Source: Bacillota bacterium
Lineage (GTDB): Bacteria; Bacillota; Sulfobacillia; Fermentithermobacillales; Fermentithermobacillaceae
DNA: 64,000 bases
Assembly: GCA_040767525.1 (NCBI GenBank)
Contig: JAXGOJ010000001.1
Location: forward strand, 96,852-160,851
Direction of reading: 5' to 3'
Shown here: positions 1 to 9,149 of the stretch, piece after piece
Position numbering within the stretch: the stretch's first letter is position 1
Layout of the letters: every line of letters begins with the position of its first letter
Program-made: the position numbers and the translations under genes
The notes under the pieces: generated by a model
The model's database searches: none
What the model was told of the DNA's origin: nothing
What the model saw: the letters and a program-made list of their open reading frames with translations, nothing else

Positions 1-577
1 CCAGGTTGAAGATGCCCCTGTGGTTGAGTGGGAGGACATGGTAGCCGTGGTTCCGAAACAGGGCCGGAATCCCAACCAAGATCACAGTAGCACGAGAAAG
101 TGAAGTGATAACCGTAACCCTGACTCCTATTGAAGTATCAGGAACGGGGTCATCGGTGTCAGGTCAGGCGTAACATTTGCACGCCTTGGCGTTTTGCAGG
201 GCATAAAGGAAGGGTTCCTGGAAACGTTCTACGTATCTTATGCCTGGATCACAGGTATTATTGGCATGATTATCGGAAAGATTGCCCCCGAAGTAACAGC
301 CTGTGGGAATAAGCCAGCTTCTTGGGAAGCAGCGAAACATGACCTGGGGCAGCTCCTCTACCTGATTGGTGCCCTTTCTGCAAACCTGGGCCTGATAAAC
401 CTCTTGCCAATTCCTGCTCTTGACGGTAGCAGGCTTTTGTTTGCAGGGATTGAAGCCATCAGAGGAAAGCCAATAGACCCTGACAAAGAAAGTTTTGTTC
501 ATTTCATCGGGTTTTTTTTGCTAATGATTCTTTTTGTCGTCATAACATACAAAGATATTCTAAGACTTATAGGGTAG
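1..577 (+). CDS. rseP: RIP metalloprotease RseP, 3' part (runs off window start; frameshifts near 70 and 150)
   Basis: C-terminal NLGLINLLPIPALDG motif and a final TM helix. Upstream PDZ-like text (VVEWEDMV.., KITVARESEVITVTLTP, GVIGV) lies in other frames. Usual rseP-ispG-polC order. Confidence 0.88.
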
Positions 578-657
578 ACTCAGAAACTTGTTTACCCTAA
601 GAAATCCTTAAATAAATAGATGTCTGCCATAATTAATGCTTTTTATAGGTGATAAGA

Positions 658-1748
658 ATGGCCCAATGTATTCGTTTGTTTAACCGGAGGCAAACCACGC
701 CTGTTAGGTGCGGGAGTGTAACCATTGGGGGAAATGCCCCAATATCCATCCAAACCATGACCAAGTGTGATACCAGGGATGTTGGGACTACTGTAGCCCA
801 GATCCAAAAAGCAGTATCTTGCGGCGCTGATATGGTTCGGGTGGCAGTGGTTAATAACGAAGATGCCAAAGCAATTGCCGAGATAAAAGAGAGTGTGCCA
901 TGCCCCATAGTTGCAGATATTCACTTTGATTACAGACTGGCACTGGCGTCTATGGAAGCCGGCGCAGATAAAGTCAGGGTTAACCCGGGCAATATTGGTG
1001 GGCGGGATTCATTGCTGAAAGTAGCCAGGAAAGCTAAATCCTTGGGTGCCGCAATAAGGATCGGTATCAATGCAGGCTCTCTGGAGAAAGACATTCTTGC
1101 CCGCTATGGGTCGCCGGGGCCGAAGCCATGGTGGAAAGCGCCAGAAAACACCTGGCGTATCTGGAGGATTACGGAATCGACGGAATAGTGTTGTCCCTTA
1201 AATCGTCCCGGGTAAGAGATACTGTTGAAGCATACAGACTCATGGCTGAATATACCCAGTGGTCGTTTCACATAGGAATTACAGAGGCAGTACCTGGGCT
1301 GCGGGCATCGCTAAGTCGGCTGCAGGAATAGGCACATTAATTGCCCTTGGAATAGGGGACACTGTAAGGGTCTCCCTGACAGAACCTTCATTTCTTGAAG
1401 TAGAAACTGCAAAAGATATTCTTCAGTCTATGGAAGCAAGACTTTTCATTCGACATAATATCATGTCCTACATGCGGGCGAACGCAAGTTGATCTGATTC
1501 CTATCGCAGAACAAGTTGCCCGGGGGCTAAGAGGGCTTAGAGTGCCGGTTAAAGTTGCTGTAATGGGTTGCCCTGTTAACGGCCCGGGTGAAGCCAGGGA
1601 AGCAGATATCGGCGTTGCTTGCGGGCGTGAAGGAGGCATTTTGTTCTCCCAGGGCAAAGTACTTGGTAGAGTAAGGAGCGATGAGATTGTAGATGCCCTT
1701 CTTGAACTTGCAGCCAGATATGCAGAATTTCCGGAGGGAGTAAAGTGA
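658..1748 (+). CDS. ispG: 4-hydroxy-3-methylbut-2-enyl diphosphate synthase IspG (at least 3 apparent frameshifts)
   Basis: Pieces in different frames: ISIQTMTK, VADIHFDYRLAL, RVNPGNIG, IRIGINAGSL, GIGDTVRVSL, ISCPTCGRT, VMGCPVNGPGEA (4Fe-4S Cys). Confidence 0.93.
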
Positions 1749-4700
1749 GCCGTATTATCGTAACACCTTCCAGTAAGGATTTTCGTCTGAGCAATATTGC
1801 TCAGGCCCTGGGCTTAGAGGAAGGCCGCATTGTAGAATGTCTTAAAGTAATGTCGATAACTGTGAACACCGAAGAAGCAGCCTGGTCCATTTCCCTTGAT
1901 GTGCATAGCGAAGAGGTATGGGCGAAACAAGCATCGTTGCTGTCACTGGATGATTTTGAGCTATGTCTGACGAGAATAGGCCAAGAGCTGAGAAACAATT
2001 ATCCTGGCTTGGAAACAGTACGCTGGGAACTTTCTGAAACTCACCAGAAACACCTGACTGAAACAACGAGCAAATCTACTGACCCAAAATTATACACACG
2101 CGACCGGCTAGGGGATAGTGTGCTCCTTGGGAGAGCCATCCGAACCCATCCTGTTCCGCTAAGTGAAATATCAGGCGGTGAAAGAGACAGCGTGACGGTA
2201 ATGGGACAGATAGTGGAAATAACTTGGAAACAGGCCCAGTCAGGAGATATGTACGGTTCTTTTGTTTTGACAGATGGATCCGGCTCAGTAGATGCAAGGG
2301 CCTTCCCCAAAGAAGGGAAGATAGACGAAATTCAGGAAGGGGCCTGGGTCCTGGTAAGAGGGCGTGCCAGAATTGACAGGCTGGATTCGGAACCTGTGCT
2401 CATTTGCAATGACATTTGCTTATCTCTTCCTGAATTAAGACAGGATGTATTCCCTGAAAAGCGGGTTGAACTGCACCTTCACACCAAAATGAGCGCCCTG
2501 GCTTCAGTTTTGGACCTGGGAAAAGCTATAGCCACAGCCGCGCGGTGGGGACACACCGCAATGGCAATTACAGATCACGGCATAGTACAAGCCTTTCCTG
2601 AAGCATTCCGCTTGGGGAAGAAGTACGGTGTTAAAATCCTATTAGGCCTCGAAGGTTACCTTGTTGAAGATGATGAGAAGGGACAAGCCTTTCACATAAT
2701 ACTGCTTGCCAGGAACAAACAGGGCCTCAGAAACTTGTATGAGCTGGTAACCTTGTCTCACCTTAAACATTTTTACAAAACACCCAGGATACCAAGGCAG
2801 CTTCTGAATGATAAGAAAGAGGGCTTGATTATTGGTTCCGCTTGCGAAGCGGGGGAACTATTCCAGGCCGTAATGGCAGGAAAAGACGAGAAAGAATTGA
2901 TGAAAATAGCCAATTTTTACGATTACCTCGAGATTCAGCCTTTGACAAATAACTCATTCCTTATAGACACAGGAGCTGTCCCAGGCGAAGAAAGCCTGAT
3001 AGAGATCAATAAAAAGATCTACGATTTAAGCAAAAAACTAAACAAACCTTGTGTAGCTACAGGGGATGTCCATTACGTAGACCCCGAAGACGAAATATAC
3101 AGAAGGGTGCTTCTTTCAGGCAAGGGCATGAGCAACAACGGAGAACGGCCTGTTCCCCTGCATTTTAGGACAACCTGTGAGTTTCTGGCGGAAGTTGAAT
3201 CCTATTTGGGCAATGAAGCTGCCAGGGAAGTTGTGATCACTAATCCTCAGGCTATAGCTGATTCAGTAGAGAACCTGGCTCCAATCCCTGAAGGTTTCTT
3301 TTACCCAACCCTTGAAAACTCTGACGAGATTTTAAGAAATCTCACGGAAAAAGGGGCATATCAGGTATTTGGTGACAATATACCTGATATGGTACGCCAG
3401 CGCTTGGACAAAGAACTTTCTGCCATCATTGGAAACGGCTTTTCCTCTTTATATCTTATTGCTATCAAAATGGTTGAAAAGTCCCTGGCAGACGGGTATT
3501 TGGTGGGCTCCCGCGGTTCTGTGGGTTCATCATTGGTAGCCCGGCTTACCGGTATTACCGAGGTCAATCCCTTCCTCCTCATTACGTGTGCCCAGAATGC
3601 CACTTAACAAGATTCATCCAGGATGGGTCATATGGGTCAGGATTTGATCTGCCTGCAATGAAGTGCCCCGATTGTGGCTATGAGCTCTTACGGGACGGCC
3701 AGGACATACCTTTTGAGACCTTTATGGGGTTTTCAGGAGAAAAAGTACCTGATATTGACTTGAATTTTTCAGGGGAAGAGCAAGGGGAGATGTTCAGGTT
3801 TGCCTCAGAATTGCTGGGAAAAAAGAACGTATACAGAGCAGGGACTATCAGCACAATTGCGAGAAAAACCGCCTTTGGTTTTGTCAAGCATTACGCCGAA
3901 GACAATGGCAAAGTATTCAGGCGGGCTGAAGAAGTCAGGCTCTCAAAAGGAATAGAGGGGGTAAAGCGTACAACAGGGCAGCACCCTGGTGGAGTCATGG
4001 TCATACCCAAAGGCATGGATGTTCTTGATTTTACACCTCTGCAACACCCTGCAGATGACAGGAACTCAGAGTCCATAACCACCCATTTTGACTACAACTC
4101 AATTTCCGGGCACCTTGTCAAAGTTGATATTCTGGGCCATGACGACCCTACTGTACTCAAAATTCTTCATGAGTTGACGGGTGTTGATCCCACTAAAATA
4201 CCTATGAACGATCCTGAAACCCTCAGACTGTTTTCAGGCGATGATCCGGATAAGGTTGTTGGCATTCCCGAATTTGGCACCAGGTTTGTCAGGAACATGC
4301 TGTCTGAAACAAGGCCAAAGTGCTTTTCTGATTTGGTCCGGATCTCAGGGCTTTCCCACGGAACAGATGTGTGGGCCAACAACGCCCGGGATCTTATCCG
4401 GGACAAAGTTGCTACCCTTGATCAAGTGATCGCCACCCGTGAAGACATATTTTTATACTTGATGACACTTGGAGTAAAGCCGGCGACGGCCTTCGGAATA
4501 GCCGAAAAAGTAAGAAAGGGAAAACCGCTTTCTAACGATGACATCAGTAGTATGAAAGCAGTATCGGTGCCTGACTGGTACATTGACTCATGCAGGAAAA
4601 TCAGTTATCTGTTCCCCAAGGCTCATGCCGCTGCATACGTCACAAACTCATTCAGAATAGCCTATTTCAAAGTTCACCATCCTCTGGCTTATTACTCAAC

Positions 4701-5133
4701 TTACTTTACCTTTGCAGGTGCATCATTAACCACAGACTTTATGTACCTGGACCCTGGCGAATGGAAAGAATACATTCAAAAAGTCAACGGTAATTCCAGG
4801 TCTACAGCCAGAGAACAAGACGTGGCAGGAGCCCTTGAACTGGCACTGGAAATGGTTCAAAGAGGATTTGCTTTTGGCCGGCATGACTTGTACGCGTCCC
4901 ATTCTGTAAGGTACATACCTGAAGGTTCCGAACTGATTCCGCCCTTTACCTCAATTCCCGGACTGGGAAACCAGGCAGCAACAGCCATTGCCGGGGCAAG
5001 AGAAATGGGTGAATTTGACTCTGTTGAAGATTTTAGAAAGAGAACGGGCCTTGGAAAGAAAATATGCGAGGCCATGAGAAAATACGGCCTATTTGATGGT
5101 CTGTCGGAAACAGCACAGTTGGCCCTATTCTGA
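1745..5133 (+). CDS. polC: DNA polymerase III alpha subunit, PolC type, without the exonuclease insertion (one frameshift near 3570)
   Basis: OB fold, PHP motifs (HLHTKMS, ITDHG, TGDVHY), GSRGSVGSS, Zn finger CPEC..CPDC, KVPDIDLNFSGE, RTTGQHPGG, YLFPKAHAAAY. Adding one C to the run in gtcaatcccttcct restores EVNPLPPHYVCPEC. Confidence 0.95.
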
Positions 5134-5182
5134 TTGGAAATTGGCCTGAAGCCAGGGTTCAGCCCCTCAGGGCCGCAGAGAA

Positions 5183-5212
5183 GCCGGCATGCAACATTGG
5201 ATGTATGCCGGC
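5183..5212. terminator. Hairpin between convergent polC and folT
   Basis: gccggcatgca / tgtatgccggc, 11-bp stem with one G-U pair. No clear U tract. Confidence 0.55.
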
Positions 5213-5227
5213 TGTTAATGATTATTC

Positions 5228-5776
5228 TTATAGGGGGGCTTGAGTTCTAAGGGCAATCCTGGATACGGGGCTATATACAGTCTTTAGGACCATAGAGTAC
5301 GTCATTATCTCAATAGCTCCGGCCACCAGCCTTGGCGGCATAATCACCCGGTAATCAAGCCCGAATATCACATGGAGAAAATAAGGGGTTAGCCCCCACG
5401 ATACAATGGCCGTTCCGCATAATACTGCAATTCCAAGATGAACAATTGAAGCCTGGGCGGCGCGTTCTTTGTTTTGCTTCGAAAGCCTGAACACAGCGCC
5501 TGGAATTGCACCCATGAGTGCCGATGACAAAGTAAAATGGGGCATATACACACCCATAGGGCTTAGCATGAAACCTGCAACATCCGAAAAGGCACCAGCT
5601 ATTGCACCATACCATGGGCCCAGGACAATTCCGGCAATTATGTTAGGCATCGACCCAAATCCAAGGCGAATTCCCTCTATTCCGCCAATGGCCAGCCTAA
5701 AAGAAGCGAATCTGGTCAAAATCACAGACAAAGCGATTAATATACCTGTCATTGCAAGAGACCGTGTTCTTTTCAC
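5228..5776 (-). CDS. folT: Folate-family ECF transporter S component
   Basis: ALSVILTRF, IRLGFGSMPNIIAGIVLGPWYGAIAGAFSD and YMPHFTLSSALMGAIPG pattern; about 6 TM helices; GTG start with GGAAGGAG RBS. Confidence 0.8.
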   Translation of the reverse strand: MKRTRSLAMTGILIALSVILTRFASFRLAIGGIEGIRLGFGSMPNIIAGIVLGPWYGAIAGAFSDVAGFMLSPMGVYMPHFTLSSALMGAIPGAVFRLSKQNKERAAQASIVHLGIAVLCGTAIVSWGLTPYFLHVIFGLDYRVIMPPRLVAGAIEIMTYSMVLKTVYSPVSRIALRTQAPL

Positions 5777-5803
5777 AAGCCCACTCCTTCCGGTTTAAAT
5801 TGT

Positions 5804-5863
5804 AGTACGCTTTTGCTTACCAGCCAACATCATATCAGATGTCAAAAACTGCTGATGCTTACT
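5804..5863 (-). promoter_or_regulatory. Candidate structured 5' leader of folT
   Basis: Nested stems seen by eye on the minus strand: AGUAAGC/GCGUACU, AUCAGC/GCUGGU, GACAUC/GAUGUU. It does not match the THF riboswitch consensus as I recall it. Confidence 0.3.
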
Positions 5864-5913
5864 TTAGCCTGGAACACTTTCCGCAAAATAGTAATGCCTA
5901 TATTTTCTGACTA

Positions 5914-5943
5914 TTGCAAAGTGGCCTGTACCAGTGATAGAAT
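5914..5943 (+). promoter_or_regulatory. SigmaA-type promoter of 6S RNA
   Basis: TTGCAA-N18-TAGAAT with an extended -10 TG. Confidence 0.6.
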
Positions 5944-5972
5944 CAAGTTGCAAAAGGCTTAAGCCTGGCAAT

Positions 5973-6152
5973 ACACCCTGCTGTGTGCGTGAATCACGGT
6001 GAAGATTGAGCCAACACCGTGACAAAGGGAGCCTGGACGCTGATGGGCGGAGTGCAGGTCGCCTTGGAGCGAAAGCACAGATGCTCACAGGAGGGCACCC
6101 ACCTGCTGAGGGCAGGTTCAATGCCTTCCGGGTTCACGGCATGGCGGGGTCT
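5973..6152 (+). ncRNA. ssrS: 6S RNA
   Basis: Ends pair (ccctgctgtgtgcgtgaa with ttcacggcatggcgggg). Firmicute 6S signature blocks TTGAGCCAACA, AAAGGGAGCCT, GCCTTGGAGCGA, GGGCACCCACCTG and GCAGGTTCAA are present. Length about 180 nt. Confidence 0.85.
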
Positions 6153-6219
6153 TGCATTCAGCACTCCAGGTGTGTTCGGTTCCTTATACAATTCACCGGG
6201 ATACAGGTGGATATACCGG

Positions 6220-6248
6220 TTGTAAACAATAAATTCCTATGCTAAACT
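6220..6248 (+). promoter_or_regulatory. SigmaA-type promoter of tRNA-Leu(CAG)
   Basis: TTGTAA-N17-TAAACT with TG extension, 12 nt before the tRNA. Confidence 0.55.
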
Positions 6249-6260
6249 ATCTTTTGACGT

Positions 6261-6347
6261 GCCGAAGTGGTGGAATAGGCAGACACGCGGTGTTCAGGGC
6301 GCCGTAGGCTCACGCCTGTGTGGGTTCAAATCCCACCTTCGGCACCA
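6261..6347 (+). tRNA. tRNA-Leu(CAG)
   Basis: Acceptor stem GCCGAAG/CTTCGGC, anticodon arm CGGTG-TTCAGGG-CGCCG, long variable arm, GGTTCAAATCC, encoded CCA. Confidence 0.97.
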
Positions 6348-6353
6348 TTTTAT

Positions 6354-6830
6354 TTACAGATTTCTCGAAAAGTGTTTATAGAAATCTTCATCGTTAAATA
6401 CAAGGAACCCATGCTCCTTCAGCAAAGCAGCAAGAACCCCGTCTCCCTCAATGAGCGTTTTCCGAAACTTGCCATCATATATTGAACCAATGCCGCATGC
6501 AGGGCTTCTTGCCTTCAAAACCGCCTTGGTACAGCCGGTCTTAAGCCCAATCAAAAGGCTTTTCCAGGCACCTAAAATGTAGTTTTCAGTGACATCGTCT
6601 CCGGCTGAATTAACCACTTTGGCTTTTCCCTGAAGTACACAGGCTCCTGTTCCACTCATAATCTCCGCAGGAGGCCGGGGAACAGGCAGGCCTCCGAGAA
6701 TCTCAGGGCATACAGGCACTGCCAGTCCTTGAGCCAGGAGTCTTTGAATGCCGGGATGCAGGCTAAGATTCCCTGTTGAACTATTGTAACGGCATTTATT
6801 ACCACATAAACAAGATGACACAAGATACAT
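6354..6830 (-). CDS. DUF523 family protein (2-thiouracil desulfurase TudS-like)
   Basis: VSSCLCGNKCRY, VPVCPEILGGLPVPRPPAEI and LKARSPACG give the conserved Cys set. ATG at 6830 with RBS. Confidence 0.85.
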   Translation of the reverse strand: MYLVSSCLCGNKCRYNSSTGNLSLHPGIQRLLAQGLAVPVCPEILGGLPVPRPPAEIMSGTGACVLQGKAKVVNSAGDDVTENYILGAWKSLLIGLKTGCTKAVLKARSPACGIGSIYDGKFRKTLIEGDGVLAALLKEHGFLVFNDEDFYKHFSRNL

Positions 6831-6879
6831 TTCAGAACTCCCCTTCGATATGGTATAACATGTACGGAGGTAGAGGGCC

Positions 6880-8100
6880 ATGTCAAAATCGAAACCAGGT
6901 TTCAGTCTAATTTTCGCATCTGTATTTGCTTTTGTCTTTCAACTGATTTTTCCTTTATTTATTGGCTATGGGACGGTACTTGCGGCACCGGAACCTCCCG
7001 AAATAGCCGCGGATAGTTACCTGCTTGCAGACCTCAAGACAGGCAGGGTGTTTATGTCAAAGGATATTGACAGCCCCCGGATTCCTGCAAGCCTTACAAA
7101 GATCATGACCTTATTCATCGCTTTTGATGAGATAGCCCAGGGAAGACTGTCTTTTGATGATGAAGTTTCCATATCAGAAGATGCCTGGCGAACCGGGGGA
7201 TCTACAATGTTCTTGCTGGTCGGAACGCAAGCAAAAGTAAGTGATTTGATTCAAGGAATTACCGTTGCATCGGGAAACGACGCATGTGTAGCATTGGCAG
7301 AGCATATTTCCGGGAACGCAACTTCGTTTGTGGATAAAATGAACCAGCAAGCACAACTCCTGGGGCTCACCAATACCCATTTCGTAGATCCCCACGGGCT
7401 TTCTGATGAAAACTCATTATCTGCACAGGATCTTCTTACCCTGGTCAGCACATACCAGGCAAGATATCCAGAAGCTCTTCAATTCCATTCACTTAAGGAA
7501 TTTACCTATACCCCTCCAGGCGAGAAGCCCATTACTCAGTTCAATAGAAACAGGCTGCTCTGGTCCTACCCGGGAGTTTACGGGCTAAAAACAGGGTTTA
7601 CTACCCGAGCAGGATTCAACATGGTTGCCCTGGCAGACAGAGACGGCTTCTCTACAATAGCTATAATCTTAGGGTCTGCCCGGGGAAAATCCATTGATGA
7701 CGGTGAAAGGGAAAGAACTACCCTTGTGACTTCAATGCTTGACTATGCATACAAGAATTTTGCCTTCGTTCAGGTGGCAGAACCAAACACCGGCATGGGT
7801 AAGGCCCGGGTGTGGAAAGGCAAGGGCAAGTGGGCCGATGCAGTAGCCCCAATTGGCCTGGGAGCGACAGTCGAAAAAGGTAAGGAAGATAAGGTGGCCT
7901 ATGAGGTAGTTCTTGATACAAACCTTGAAGCTCCGGTTGAAAAAGGCATGAAAATTGGTGAGGTAATATTTACCTGCCAAGGCCAGGAAATAGGGAGGAT
8001 GGAACTTACAGCAAGAGACCACGTTCCCAAAGGGAATTTCTTCAGAGTAGTCTGGGATCTAATAGCACGTTCATTACTAAGGGCTTTTGGCAAGGCATAA
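6880..8100 (+). CDS. D-alanyl-D-alanine carboxypeptidase (peptidase S11, DacA/DacF-like)
   Basis: Signal peptide, PASLTK (SxxK), SGN (SxN), KTG triad, PBP5 C-terminal domain. Confidence 0.92.
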   Translation: MSKSKPGFSLIFASVFAFVFQLIFPLFIGYGTVLAAPEPPEIAADSYLLADLKTGRVFMSKDIDSPRIPASLTKIMTLFIAFDEIAQGRLSFDDEVSISEDAWRTGGSTMFLLVGTQAKVSDLIQGITVASGNDACVALAEHISGNATSFVDKMNQQAQLLGLTNTHFVDPHGLSDENSLSAQDLLTLVSTYQARYPEALQFHSLKEFTYTPPGEKPITQFNRNRLLWSYPGVYGLKTGFTTRAGFNMVALADRDGFSTIAIILGSARGKSIDDGERERTTLVTSMLDYAYKNFAFVQVAEPNTGMGKARVWKGKGKWADAVAPIGLGATVEKGKEDKVAYEVVLDTNLEAPVEKGMKIGEVIFTCQGQEIGRMELTARDHVPKGNFFRVVWDLIARSLLRAFGKA

Positions 8101-8127
8101 CTCACATACCTCTTGGAGGCAAACACA

Positions 8128-9069
8128 ATGCACACCATGGTAGTTGCCCTGGGCGGAAACGCTATTTTGCAAAAGGGCGACAAAGGCACAGCAATGGATC
8201 AAAGAAGGAACATAGAAAAGACCGCAGTCCAACTCGCCAATCTTGTGCAAAAGGGCTACAAGCTGATTATCACACATGGTAATGGGCCACAGGTTGGGAA
8301 CATCCTCATTCAAAACGAAGCAGCCAGAAGTAAAGTCCCTGAAATGCCAATGGACATTTGCGGCGCTCAAAGCCAGGGGATGATCGGGTACATGCTACAG
8401 ATGTACATGCAGAATGCACTCAACAAGCGCAATCTGCAGATACCTGTTTCCACGCTTATTACCCAAACTCTGGTGGATAAAGACGACCCTGCCTTTTGCA
8501 ACCCCACAAAACCTGTGGGCCCTTTTTACTGTGAGAGCAAGTCTCAGGAAAGAGTAAGGAACTACGGAGAAACATGGATTGAAGACGCGGGACGGGGGTG
8601 GAGAAGGGTTGTGCCCTCTCCTGAACCAAAATACATTATTGAAACACCATCCATAAAAGCACTTGTGGAGCAAGGCCACGCCGTTATATGCAGCGGCGGT
8701 GGAGGAATTCCTGTTATCGTGGGCCAGGATGGATGTCTTCAAGGTGTAGAGGCTGTAATTGAGAAAGATCTGAGCGCCGAAAGATTGGCTACGTCGTTGG
8801 GAGCTGATAGCCTGCTTATCCTCACCAACGTAAATGGCGCAGCTCTGGATTATACAGCTTCAGGCCAGGTTTGGCTGGGCCGTGTGAAGATACCTGAACT
8901 TTTAGGATACCTGGCTGAGGGCCATTTTCTGGAGGGAAGCATGGGCCCGAAAGTCAGAGCAATCATAAGATTCATTCAACATGGCGGAAAATACGCAGTC
9001 ATCGCTTCTTTAGATAGGGCTGAAGAAGCAGTCAGGGGAGAAACCGGAACCATATTGACCCCTGACTGA
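8128..9069 (+). CDS. arcC: Carbamate kinase
   Basis: VVALGGNA, THGNGPQVG, GAQSQGMIGY, NPTKPVGPFY, RRVVPSP, GGGGIPV, GSMGPK. Confidence 0.95.
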   Translation: MHTMVVALGGNAILQKGDKGTAMDQRRNIEKTAVQLANLVQKGYKLIITHGNGPQVGNILIQNEAARSKVPEMPMDICGAQSQGMIGYMLQMYMQNALNKRNLQIPVSTLITQTLVDKDDPAFCNPTKPVGPFYCESKSQERVRNYGETWIEDAGRGWRRVVPSPEPKYIIETPSIKALVEQGHAVICSGGGGIPVIVGQDGCLQGVEAVIEKDLSAERLATSLGADSLLILTNVNGAALDYTASGQVWLGRVKIPELLGYLAEGHFLEGSMGPKVRAIIRFIQHGGKYAVIASLDRAEEAVRGETGTILTPD

Positions 9070-9101
9070 TCCATACAGATACATGATAGGGAATACCGAC
9101 G

Positions 9102-9127
9102 GTAGCCTCTATGTGCGCGGAGGCTAC
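9102..9127. terminator. Hairpin between convergent arcC and ddh
   Basis: gtagcctct / ggaggctac 9-bp stem. Confidence 0.55.
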
Positions 9128-9149
9128 TTAACCTAACAAGATTCCCTGG

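Noticed and set aside
3555-3610. Programmed frameshift or natural split in polC
   Set aside because: There is no slippery heptamer or stimulatory structure. One missing C in a C-run restores the conserved NPLPPHY motif, the same error type seen across the window.
6261-6360. tRNA-Leu genes as integration sites (also 12311-12560)
   Set aside because: No integrase, no duplicated tRNA 3' end and no foreign cargo follow either tRNA.
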